Source: Balanoglossus misakiensis (Eukaryota > Animalia > Hemichordata). Taken from it: a stretch of 64,000 bases of DNA. Shown in pieces: positions 1 to 9,845 of this stretch. Both the position numbers and the translations under genes were made by a program. Under the pieces are notes generated by a model that worked only from the letters and a program-made list of their open reading frames with translations, was not told where the DNA came from and ran no database searches. The first letter of the stretch is position 1, and every line of letters starts with the position of its first letter. The stretch spans positions 7,521,919-7,585,918 of the forward strand of contig CM082584.2 of assembly GCA_040954595.2 (NCBI GenBank). The letters are read 5' to 3'.

Positions 1-1690
1 CTCCGGGCCTATATGATTTACTGATAAATAGATGTCCAGAACACTTTTTGTACCTTGTCAGCGTATCACTTTGGGGGTCAGTCTGTTGCTATGGAGGCAG
101 ACTCCGAGTCAATGTTATGTGTGCAATGCATTGAGGCTATAGTATTGCCCCCTATGACTGTTAAAGATCATTTGGTCCGGTTGTCTCTCACTGCATGCAG
201 GGTTTCACTTCTATATAGATGATGGAAATGCAGAAGTGTACAAAACCTCACACGGCTGCATTAACCGTCCAAATTGACAAAAAAGATGCACGTGTCGTCA
301 TTGAATGGTGTTCCACATCCGAGTATGAAGTACTCCGCCTCCGCTACTTGTGTGTGGAAAGCCACGACTTACTTTTCTCACTTACTTTTCTCACTTTTCA
401 CCGTCAACAGGTTTCTTTTTGGCGAAGTGATTTGGTCCATAGCCCCCTGTCCTGCACACCACATGTACTACATGTATGTGGATTAAGTTTGGGCACTGTC
501 ACGCGTGGACATACTATACATAACATGTATAGTATCTGGTAAATTGATTAGCATGACTAGAGAATTTCTATACATATTGGTCAAGACATCTATACTTTTA
601 CCCAACCGCTGCTTGTGTTTCTCGACTTGCATTTATTCTGCCTCGGGTATAGTCCTACAGAACCTAAACAAACAAACAAACACGATAAGAACTGTACACA
701 TTGGTGACAATGATATATGACCTGAGCTGTTTATGATCCAAGGTCACTTTTGGGTCTCATGACCAGTACAAGTCTGACAGTCCCAGTCTGACCGACTTAG
801 ACGAAACTGAAAATACATAAGCCGGACCAACGGGATGTTGCTTTAACACCGAAATTCACCGAAAGTGGCATATCACTTTCGTATTCAGGAAAAAAAGTAA
901 TATTCGGAATAGTCAGTTAGAATCCCATCAGCTGCGCCCGATATTGCGACCTCTAATACGTCGGATAGTTTTCTTTAAATCAAGCAAAAAAACTGATATT
1001 AAGTATGTCTTGTCAAAAAGTTGTCATTTTTCACGTGATTTTAGGGTGGTGTGATGTCCCATTTATAGGTTTTACATAATCATTGCGAAAGAAAAATTAA
1101 TGCGGTTGAGAACTTCCTTGTGACTTACATCATGTGATGATATGTGATCGTTGCCTGGGTGTGATCACCGACCAAATTATAACAGTTAAAGTTTTATGAC
1201 GACGTTTTTGCGTGACTGCCTCGTAAAAGATTGGTCACCTTTTCAAGTGGCCGCGTTAAGTTGTGACAGTTGGTTCTGGATTCTGGCGTGAAGTCAGAAG
1301 AATTGTCGCGAATTTCTCCGATAGTTTGAAGAAAGGAATGTCTAGGAGGTTAGCAAGAACGCCGTAATTAGCTTAGCCTATCATTTGGCATCCCTGAAAG
1401 ACTATCGGATGATAATAACATGTTTACACCCCACAGCAGACAAATATTTTCCATTCGCGACCTCCCACACTTCAAGGTATGATGACTATGAGCAATGGAC
1501 TATGAGGTACAGTCCTCGTGAAAAGTGATGACATAATTTCACGATGCAAATATATTGTAGGCCTTCGCGTGGACTTCGCCATTCCTTCTAGGCCGTCGGT
1601 CCGTACGTACGCCACAAGGTGTTATCTCGTGAATGTACAATAACTTTTAACGGCTTATCGATTTGTTTTCCTGAATCGAGCCCACGCACC

Positions 1691-1913
1691 ATGCTCCCTG
1701 TTTTAAAATTGGCGTGGACTAAACTGACCGACCGTATCTCTGTCCTCGCCCCCAGGAAATGGCAACAGAGGGAGCCCTTCGTCTACTGGAGCCAGAGGTA
1801 CGCCGCACTCCCCGCGATGTACGTCGACAAGCTGTCCAGGGATATTTTTGCGTCCTACTCGGGGCCGAATGGTGGACTTACCAACATCGAACCCGAGGAA
1901 ACACTGAAGAGAG
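1691..1913 (+). CDS. PP2C-like domain protein (CG9801 family), coding exon 1
   Basis: ACC-ATG at 1691; MLPVLKLAW...FASYSGPNGGLTNIEPEETLKR; donor AG|GTGGGT at 1914, phase 1, in frame with exon 2. Confidence 0.8.
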
Positions 1914-2342
1914 GTGGGTTTTACCCCATAAATAATACTATCGTTATTTGATTAGTTTTCCGCGAATCAGCCTGCTTGGGTCCAGGATATTTTTTTGTCG
2001 GATTCATAGTTTGGACATGTTAAAATATTAAAATCCTATAAAGTATTGTGATCATGGTTTTTGTCACTTAAACTTGACCAAACTCATGAAAACACGAACG
2101 TCCAGAAGATGTTTCACACGTGGATTTTTCTTACACTTTCACATCCCTTTAATATAAAATTTAAATTTGCTGCGAATCTGATAAGCTGTACATATTGTTC
2201 ATAAATTAGCGTGGTCAAGCATGAAGTTGCTAGAAATGGGGCAAAAAGAAAAAAATCTCAGGCGCTTTTCGCAGAAATCGGGAAGGAAAGAAAAGAATGT
2301 GGAACGCATGATTGTATTCGGCAGCAAAAGAGTGTAGTTTTC

Positions 2343-2414
2343 TGGAGATGTCGGGGTTCGAACCCGAGGCCTCTCGCATGCGAAGCGAGCGCTCTACCAC
2401 TGAGCTACATCCCC
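2343..2414 (-). tRNA. tRNA-Ala, anticodon CGC (intronic, antisense to the PP2C-like gene)
   Basis: Reverse complement GGGGATGTAGCTCAGTGGTAGAGCGCTCGCTTCGCATGCGAGAGGCCTCGGGTTCGAACCCCGACATCTCCA (72 nt): full cloverleaf, G3:U70 alanine identity pair, A box, B box GGTTCGAAC, discriminator A, and a T4 Pol III terminator (plus-strand AAAA at 2326-2329). Confidence 0.96.
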
Positions 2415-2621
2415 CTACGTCACGTCACAAGCGATTTCATTGAATAGGATAATTACATGCGAGCATATACCAAGATGTCAAAGGGGCTGTAGCGTGTATC
2501 ACGTGACAATCGGCGAGGGATTGATTGTGCGCCTGTATACAATGACTGTATTCACTTCAAGTACTTTGACATTAGTGTACGCTTAGCTTTAATATGTTTT
2601 ACTTTTGTATTCATTCTAAAG

Positions 2622-2714
2622 ACGACACCGTTTCATGGACAAACAAACACGACAGAGCATACGGCATAGCTACGTCGTTATACGAGTATAATCCGATGAC
2701 AAAGGCCAATACCG
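2622..2714 (+). CDS. PP2C-like protein, coding exon 2
   Basis: Pyrimidine tract + AAG acceptor; (D)DTVSWTNKHDRAYGIATSLYEYNPMTKANT; donor G|GTAAGT; phase 1-1, 93 nt. AYGxxTSLYExNP is a motif I recall from CG9801-like proteins. Confidence 0.9.
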
Positions 2715-3012
2715 GTAAGTAAATGGTATCGCCCAAAAAACTTTTCTGTCACATAGTCACTGTTGTTAATGATGTAGGATTTAAACATAGACTGTCTGTG
2801 ATTTGATACAGTTCCTATATAACATAACAAAAGAACATTGAACATATTTTAAGAAAAATAAATGAATGTTCCAAAAAACAGACTGACTTTTTTTTTTAAG
2901 AAGATTAATTTTCTAGTCAATTTTAATTTTATTTCCAGTGTGTTTCTTCAAAAGCGTGTCCTGGCTGTTTCTGGCTGCACATTTATCAAATAATTTAACC
3001 CTTCCTATCCAG

Positions 3013-3200
3013 GTGACCCGGTTGCTGATGTACTTGCTCTGTGTGCCCGGGAGAACAGTGGAATCTTAGTCATGGCCGACGGGGTGAATTGGGGGGACAA
3101 ACCACGACTGGCTGCCAGGTGTGCAGTCAAGGCCAGCATGACACATCTCAATGAGAAGATTTACTCCGGAAAGATCACCACTACACACGAAATTTTCCAG
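3013..3200 (+). CDS. PP2C-like protein, coding exon 3
   Basis: CCAG acceptor; GDPVADVLALCARENSGILVMADGVNWGDKPRLAARCAV...EIFQ, with the PP2C metal-binding D and DG motifs; donor CAG|GTTGGT, phase 0. Confidence 0.92.
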
Positions 3201-3392
3201 GTTGGTTGGATCATGTCATTGATAACCACTGTGGTTGGTGTATCTTATCCTACATGACATTACAAAATGTTGTTTAGTCCTGGTTTGATACGTTCAGAAT
3301 TTTTTCCATGCTTGCTGGATAAATTTGAAAATCATTACAAGTCAGAAAAAAGTTAAACTTTATGCTAAGTTTGCTTTCTGATTTTGTTACAG

Positions 3393-3582
3393 CATATGAA
3401 AGAAGCTTTCAATAAAGCCCATGAGTTAATCATGGAGAATGAGGCTACCATGACAACACTTGTAGCCACAGTTGTTGTCCCCATCAAGGGATCTTACAAG
3501 TTCGCTGTGTGCACGTTGAATGTCGGTGACAGTCTTGCTTTTATTTACAACCAAGAATCGGGCGTTCGAGAGCTCACTGTTG
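3393..3582 (+). CDS. PP2C-like protein, coding exon 4
   Basis: TTACAG acceptor; HMKEAFNKAHELIMENEATMTTL...LNVGDSLAF...VRELTV (TT and NVGDS PP2C motifs); donor G|GTAAGG, phase 1. Confidence 0.93.
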
Positions 3583-3691
3583 GTAAGGGCCGTTAGTATT
3601 TTTCAGCGTGGCTTTTGTTGATTAAACTTGATATACTATACTGGGAGAACAACCTGTACTTTAACACGTTATTTTCCTGGTCTGTCGTTAG

Positions 3692-4374
3692 GGTCCAGGG
3701 ATCCAAACCAAACGCGAGACATGAAGCTGTGCGGAGGAGCACTGGGGCCCGTCGATGGCATGAACCCAGACCTGACAAATCTGACGTTTTCATTTACGAT
3801 GGCAGAGCCGGGAGATGTGGTGTTTGTGACGAGCGACGGGGTTTCGGACAATTTCGACCCTGTGGTCGCCCACCGGGCAGTTGCCGAGAACCCGGTGCGG
3901 ACGATTTGCACGTGCCCACCGACGTCCGTGGAGCAGATTGAGCGGGAAGAGATGGACGCCCTCCTGCCGAGGTTCGACACCCCCCGACGACAGCACGACA
4001 GTCTGAGACACATGGAAATGGCGATCGTGAATACGGAGACGGTCTCCGCGTCGACGGTGTGCGCCAACCTGATGCAGTACGTGGAGAACAAGACGGAGGA
4101 GAAACGGAAACGACTGGAGGAGATCACCGGGGCGGTCGATCCGCAAACGAGTCCCCAGTCTCGCCGCCAATCTCTCAGCCAGGTGCACTCCGTCATCAAA
4201 ACTCTACCCGGCAAACTCGACCACGCTGCCATCGCCGCCTACCAAGTGGGACGTTTCGAAATCAAGACGAAACCTGATCAGAAAGCGGTCGAGATCTGCC
4301 AAAGTGTTGATTGTGCGGTGGTGCAGTATGACCACCAGGTCCCGCTGTATCCCGCGTACTGCCCGTATCGGTAA
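3692..4374 (+). CDS. PP2C-like protein, terminal coding exon 5
   Basis: TTAG acceptor; GSRDPNQTRDM...GALGPVDGMNPDLTNLT...GDVVFVTSDGVSDNFDP...GKLDHAAIAAY...YR-TAA. The spliced CDS totals 1377 nt (458 aa + stop). Confidence 0.93.
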
Positions 4375-5311
4375 ACACAGCCATGCAGTGTCGGACCGCA
4401 CTGTCCGCTCGCATGGGTCGTTGGCTCGACCACAGTCTCCTTGGCGGGCAAAGACATGTCAGACCTATATGACTCATGTGTGTCATAAGTTATATGCAAA
4501 TCTCAAAGAAGACAATGATCTGAACATATACATATACTACCACCGATAAACATTTTGATGTATTGCCTAACCAATAATACTATACCTTCATAACATCCTA
4601 CGCAATTAATAATGTTATGCGGGAAATTTGAAACTTGCCAAGGTTGGAGAATTTTGCTGCCCTTTTTTTACTGAAATAATATTCCAAACTGATCATTCAC
4701 AATTTTTGGTGCGCATAGCTCACCATTCTGATACTTTGGACATCAGAGCCAACAGAAATATGGCATGAGAACCAGGCACAAGTAAATTTGAAACACTCAC
4801 TTAAACTTGTCTTTGAGTGTTTTTGCATACTTAATATTTTCAGTATAACTGACATTCTGTTGTTTTTTGTGTTTCTATTTTTTTTTTAAATTTTACTGCA
4901 AATTTATACAACCAAGCACAAAGTCTATATATTCAGCAATATGAATTTTCAACAGAAAACAATTTTATCAAGATTTTATGTGGAAATGAATGCTCCCACA
5001 TCGTTGTCATGGATATGTTCAAAGTCCTATGATTTGTAAGTGTATGCTGTTCTATTGAAGATATAAGATGGACATGTGTATTTATTTGTGCAAAACAGGG
5101 AAGCTACTGTGTGCTTATGATGGAACCATAGTGTACAAAACACATTCCATATTGACCAATTCATTTGAACAGGCTAGCTCTGTCATAATGTGGCACAGAA
5201 ATATTTACATGTTGCATGGAAGCAGAGCTTTCAGCCATGTTAATGCAGTAAGTTCCAGTAACAATTAAATCATGCAGAAATCTCTGACACGAAGCATAAG
5301 ATGTCAAATAA

Positions 5312-6113
5312 GGCTGCATTCACAAACACCTCTGGAGGGGGGGGCGGGAGAATTGAGGGGGGGGATTTGAAAAAATTGAGGGTATGTGAGGGGGGGGATT
5401 TGAAATAATTTAGGGACTGAAAGGGGGGGACTTGAAAACTTTAACGACTAAATATTTATTTTGAGTCCACAAAAATGCAGTTTCGCGCCCTTTATTTTAC
5501 AAAATTTTCTCATGTGGGAGGGGGACACCCCCTCCCACACCCACCCCCTCCATTCATCAACACCTTTCAATCATTGACTGGTTTATCTAGTGTCCCAGGT
5601 CAGGGGACTTGCCCCATCCCATGATAACTTTGAGCGCCGATGGTTAAATTTGTCCTCCCCAACATACCTGTAGTTGAGTTAATTTGCTTTTGCCGGGTTC
5701 ATTAAAATGCAGCTTTGAGCTCTGTATTTTAGAAAATTTTCTTACGTGGGAGGGGGACACCCCCTCCCAAACCCACCCCCTTCAATTCTCGGTTTACAAA
5801 GTCTCCAAACACAGAATACAAATATATGTACTTAAAAAATAAAAACAATGTTCAGTTTTAATACCCACTGATGAGGGGAAACATCAGTTTCAAATTCTTT
5901 TCATGGGAGCGCTGTTTTTCTTTTTACAAGATAGATAGGTGATGTGTTTTGCTCTGTGAAAGACAATGGGGGGGGGGGATTTCAAAATTTTGGCAGTTCG
6001 GAAGGGGGGGATTTGAAAATATTGGCAGTTCGGAAGGGGGGCATGTGAAAATTAGCGGTAAAAAAAATTGAATTCTCCCGCCCCCCCCTCCAGAGGTGTT
6101 TGTGAATGCAGCC
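5312..6113. mobile_element. PIF/Harbinger-type MITE, 802 bp
   Basis: Perfect 43-bp TIRs GGCTGCATTCACAAACACCTCTGGAGGGGGGGGCGGGAGAATT (5312-5354 and 6071-6113), TAA target-site duplication (5309-5311, 6114-6116), no ORF, internal G-rich repeats. Confidence 0.92.
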
Positions 6114-6791
6114 TAACAGCTAGCACATCTATCACTGACATGTTTGGATGACATTAACACATCTAAGGTGCTATAAAGGAGAGCGGAATTATATGCAACG
6201 CAGACTTGAGATGTTTAACATTTTCGTACATCTTTATTTCACTGTAGCTAAATACAAGTACTAGTATATTACAAACTCTGTCGTTAATATTTTGCTACAT
6301 ACATTCCAAACGGCATCAATGATGTGGGTCACCATGGCATGTGACACTTTGCCCCTAGGTGACACTTTGCCCCATGCAAAGGTCAACGCACCACCCCAAA
6401 TACCATATCTATTTGTGGCAGTGTACCGAAGCTCAGTTGACATACATAAATGCCATGAATCAGAACTACATGTACATGTACTAAGAAAGAGAGATTTCTA
6501 GAGAAATTCTGTTGTGCAATGGTTTACTGAAAACTGTTCCAGTATTTCCCAATTTTTTAACAACTATTTTGTTTCCTACAGTGTATTGTACTCTACATTC
6601 GGACAATATATAAGCTGTTAACACCATTCCATCAATGATTTCCAATCCACGTAGCAGCTTTCATCAATCCAGCCTCTTGTTTTGTAATTGTTTACATATT
6701 AAGTGCTGTTCTTTGCAGATGTTTGTCATGCTTTTTCAGCTTCAAAGGATATTTACAAGACTTTGATAATCATGTTACTTTCTTGCCGTAA

Positions 6792-6864
6792 CCCTCTTGG
6801 GCCTCAATACCCGTATAGGGGTATAATATTGGTGTGACACCTGAAAAAGTCAGGCCCGAAAGGG
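6792..6864. mobile_element. Tiny TTAA-type (piggyBac-like) MITE remnant
   Basis: Imperfect inverted ends CCCTCTTGGGCCT / AGGCCCGAAAGGG flanked by GTAA and TTAA. Confidence 0.5.
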
Positions 6865-8246
6865 TTAATTTTTTTATGTTGATCCAAATGATTTTTCTGA
6901 ACACTCTGCCTTAAAATTTGAGCCATTTTTTATACTTGTAAAACAAGAAAACTGGCTAAAATATTGATACAATAGATTGAAAATTTATATTACCAAATGA
7001 AGTATTACAATTTTGATTTGTGTGTAATTTTTATATTCTGTATTTTTTCAACACTGAGCACACTTGAAGTTCATTTTGTGAGTTGCCAATATTTTTTACT
7101 CATTTATAACAGCAAAACCACAGATAACACAGTATTTCAAGAGAAGCATTTTAATTAATTAATTAATATGCTTACAACGCATGCTAAGTATATCAACAGC
7201 CTCTATCACGTTCTTTTTATCTGTCCACTTCAATAAAAACGATTGAAAGAACTTTGTCTGTGCCATTCTTTTGATGGACCATGTACCAGTAGCCAGTTAG
7301 AAACTCAACTATGAATGGGATTTTCTGTAACGTTTCAATGCTTTTTTAACGCTTAAATATTTTGGAAAAGTCTGGTTTATTACTGAACGACTCCTAGTTT
7401 GACAACATTTGTCATTGTGTACGAACAGGTCGTGTTGAAGGCCAAAGATGCCCGAGATGTCAGGGCGCGTAATACGGGAGCTCGACTTGTCATGCATGGC
7501 GCCCCCAATCAGTTGATGTAGCTGCGCTCTCGGTTCGTGAGTACCATGATTTCGAAGACTATTACAATAATGATCCGCGGCATGATGATTCCTTTATTCT
7601 TTTTCCAAGCATTTGATGCAAATATTAAAAAAAAAAACATCAGGCAGTCTGGAAGTTGTGAATGTACCGAACTAAGAACTTTGCAGGTTGGAAATATTGC
7701 GAACACGCAATTTAAATGATATCTGAAGGGCTAGGGATGATCGGATGAAAGCAATCATATACTTTTCATGGGTATATCAAATCGGAAAATCTCGTCTTTT
7801 AATAATACATCAAAGCCTCTTGTACCCCCCCCCCTCCCCCACCCCCACCCAAATCCGGAAAACACGATGGAGAGTATAAATCCATCTCATTAATCTGGAA
7901 AAGTGAAAGTATTAATAGTGCGTTAATGTGACATTAAACATGCGCCTGAGAGATAGTGAGCTTAGATTTCAGACTGACGTCATGTATAGTGACGCAGTGA
8001 GATTTCACCAGAATTGTCCTACACAGATGAGGCGCATTTGCGTTACGTGGCTAAATTATAGTACGAGTGTTGTGGTCCGGTGAGCTTATAAAAAACCGAG
8101 GGTTCCACTATACGATATGAGTCGTGTGCGGGCGCTCCGGCGGGGTACGACATTGAGCCCCTACGCCGAGCTGTAATGAAAAGAATGACATTGGGGTTTA
8201 TATGCAGTAAAAACGAATGACAAAGTTTCATGGAACGATCTTCCGT

Positions 8247-8355
<109 letters not shown>

Positions 8356-8403
8356 TTCTCATGGAATCGAGAGGTTCAGTATACGTAATAATCTTCTTTA
8401 TAA

Positions 8404-8478
<75 letters not shown>
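8404..8478. repeat. (TAAA)n microsatellite, ~18 units
   Basis: Uninterrupted TAAA repeat. Confidence 0.97.
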
Positions 8479-8714
8479 GGGTACGTGGAATTGTGGTAAG
8501 GCACTGAGGCCTACCATTTTACATAGGAAGGAAATATTTGGACAAAACGTGAGTCAATATTGTCAAGAAGGTGGAGTGGCAACACATTTGCTCTGCAGAA
8601 ACTACAATTTTAGTATGCAACCGGCTTATTTTGTTCTTGAAAATATACATATGTATGAAGATTACTAAACATTTGACCTTGCCTCAATGGGTTCATTCAT
8701 AACCAAAAAGTGTA

Positions 8715-8770
8715 TTACCCAGCATGCTTTGCGTTGTATGACAACACTGTGGTCTGCATCATGGCGGTCG
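8715..8770 (+). promoter_or_regulatory. Putative distal promoter: ZNF143/Staf site plus YY1-like ATGGCG
   Basis: TTACCCAGCATGCTTTGCG (8715-8733) fits the Staf/ZNF143 SBS consensus with one mismatch; ATGGCGG at 8761; local CpG enrichment just upstream of the ATG at 9010. Confidence 0.55.
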
Positions 8771-9009
8771 TCTGTGTGGGGCAGTATCGGACCAGAACAG
8801 CTGATTGGACTTCGCATTAATTCGCCTGTTTAGACGACTGGACGTAGAATTTAACCGCCGATACTTGCACCCCAAGGTAAACGTTTAATGCTTAACACAG
8901 CCATGTAACAATCATGGATAGGGAACATTGTATTGACGCGAGACCACTGAGTCTTTGGTTGCCGTTGGAAGTTGTCTGCTGAAGTTTTGGAGGATCGTCG
9001 ATTTCAGCG

Positions 9010-9306
9010 ATGGCCCACCAGAGAGGAGACCGGCCGCCCAAGTCCCCGACCTCCCCCGGGTTTGGTAGGACCACTTTGGAGAGTTTCTTGAAGCGCTGCG
9101 ACTTAGACGATCTAGTGCACCACTTTTCGGAGGATGTCACTTTGGGCGATTTCAAAGCCATGACAGAGGATGATCTCTTGCACGACTACGCAGTGGCCGA
9201 ACTGAGTGACCGAGTACGCTTGATGCGGGCAGTGAATAGTGCCAGGGACTTGGAAGAAGAAGAGGAGGAGGACTCCATCGACGATACAAACTCCGACGAC
9301 GAAAAG
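9010..9306 (+). CDS. SAM-like domain exon; probable distal first coding exon of the MAST gene
   Basis: GCG-ATG-G start; LESFLKRCDLDDLVHHFSEDVTLGDFKAMTEDDLLHDYAVAELSDRVRLMRAV has the SAM 5-helix hydrophobic pattern, followed by an acidic tail; donor AAG|GTAGGG, phase 0, matching the phase-0 acceptor at 53179. Confidence 0.75.
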
Positions 9307-9549
9307 GTAGGGTTTTTGACGTGCCTGGTTTCCTTGCTCAGAGTATTCAGGTGCACGTTAAAAATATGTCGTTGCAGCTAACGGCTTCTCGATCACCATG
9401 GTGATAAAAACTTGTCGATGTCAACCATTGCGGTAGACTGCAATGATAGCGTGTGCTGCACGGACAACATCATCAACCGAGCTGCAGCACCCACCACAAT
9501 CATTGCAGCTACCGTTGTGGTTGGTACAGTGTTCATATATATATATGTC

Positions 9550-9845
9550 GACTTTTCCATTGGCTATGACCCTAGTCCTGTCTGCAATAATTGAAGCCTG
9601 GGGGTAGTGGGGTGGGGTGGGGGGAGGTCGATTGGCTTGATTATGACCTGGGGGCCATTCAAGCCTATAACCCTACGACCCTCAGGCTTCAAATATTGCA
9701 GGTATGTGGACTTTCCATTGGCTATGACCTATCTGCAATAATTGAATCCCGGGGGGTGGGGGAGGGGGAGGTCAATTGGCTTGACTGAGACCTGGGGGCC
9801 ATTCAAGCCTAACCCTACAACCCTCGGCTACAGTTATTGCAGGTA
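9550..9845. repeat. Two-copy tandem duplication, unit ~140-160 bp
   Basis: GACTTT(T)CCATTGGCTATGACCT...CTGCAATAATTGAA...G-rich...GACCTGGGGGCCATTCAAGCCTA...ATTGCAGGTA occurs twice (about 9550-9703 and 9709-9845). Confidence 0.9.

Noticed and set aside
219-542. 107-aa plus-strand ORF
   Set aside because: No family resemblance; splice signals here favour the minus strand.
2343-2414. tRNA-derived SINE head
   Set aside because: All stems pair, G3:U70 is intact, a T4 terminator follows closely, and there is no SINE body, A-tail or second copy in the window.
3669-4232. 187-aa and 132-aa minus-strand ORFs
   Set aside because: Antisense shadows of the GC-rich PP2C-like exon 5; no motifs of their own.
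6339-6372. GTGACACTTTGCCCC direct repeat, two copies
   Set aside because: Short local duplication or repeat fragment with no further structure.
8761-8876. Coding first exon starting at ATG 8761
   Set aside because: The frame stops after 19 codons. The donor-like AAG|GTAAAC at 8877 has no identified partner, so at most this is a uORF-bearing leader.
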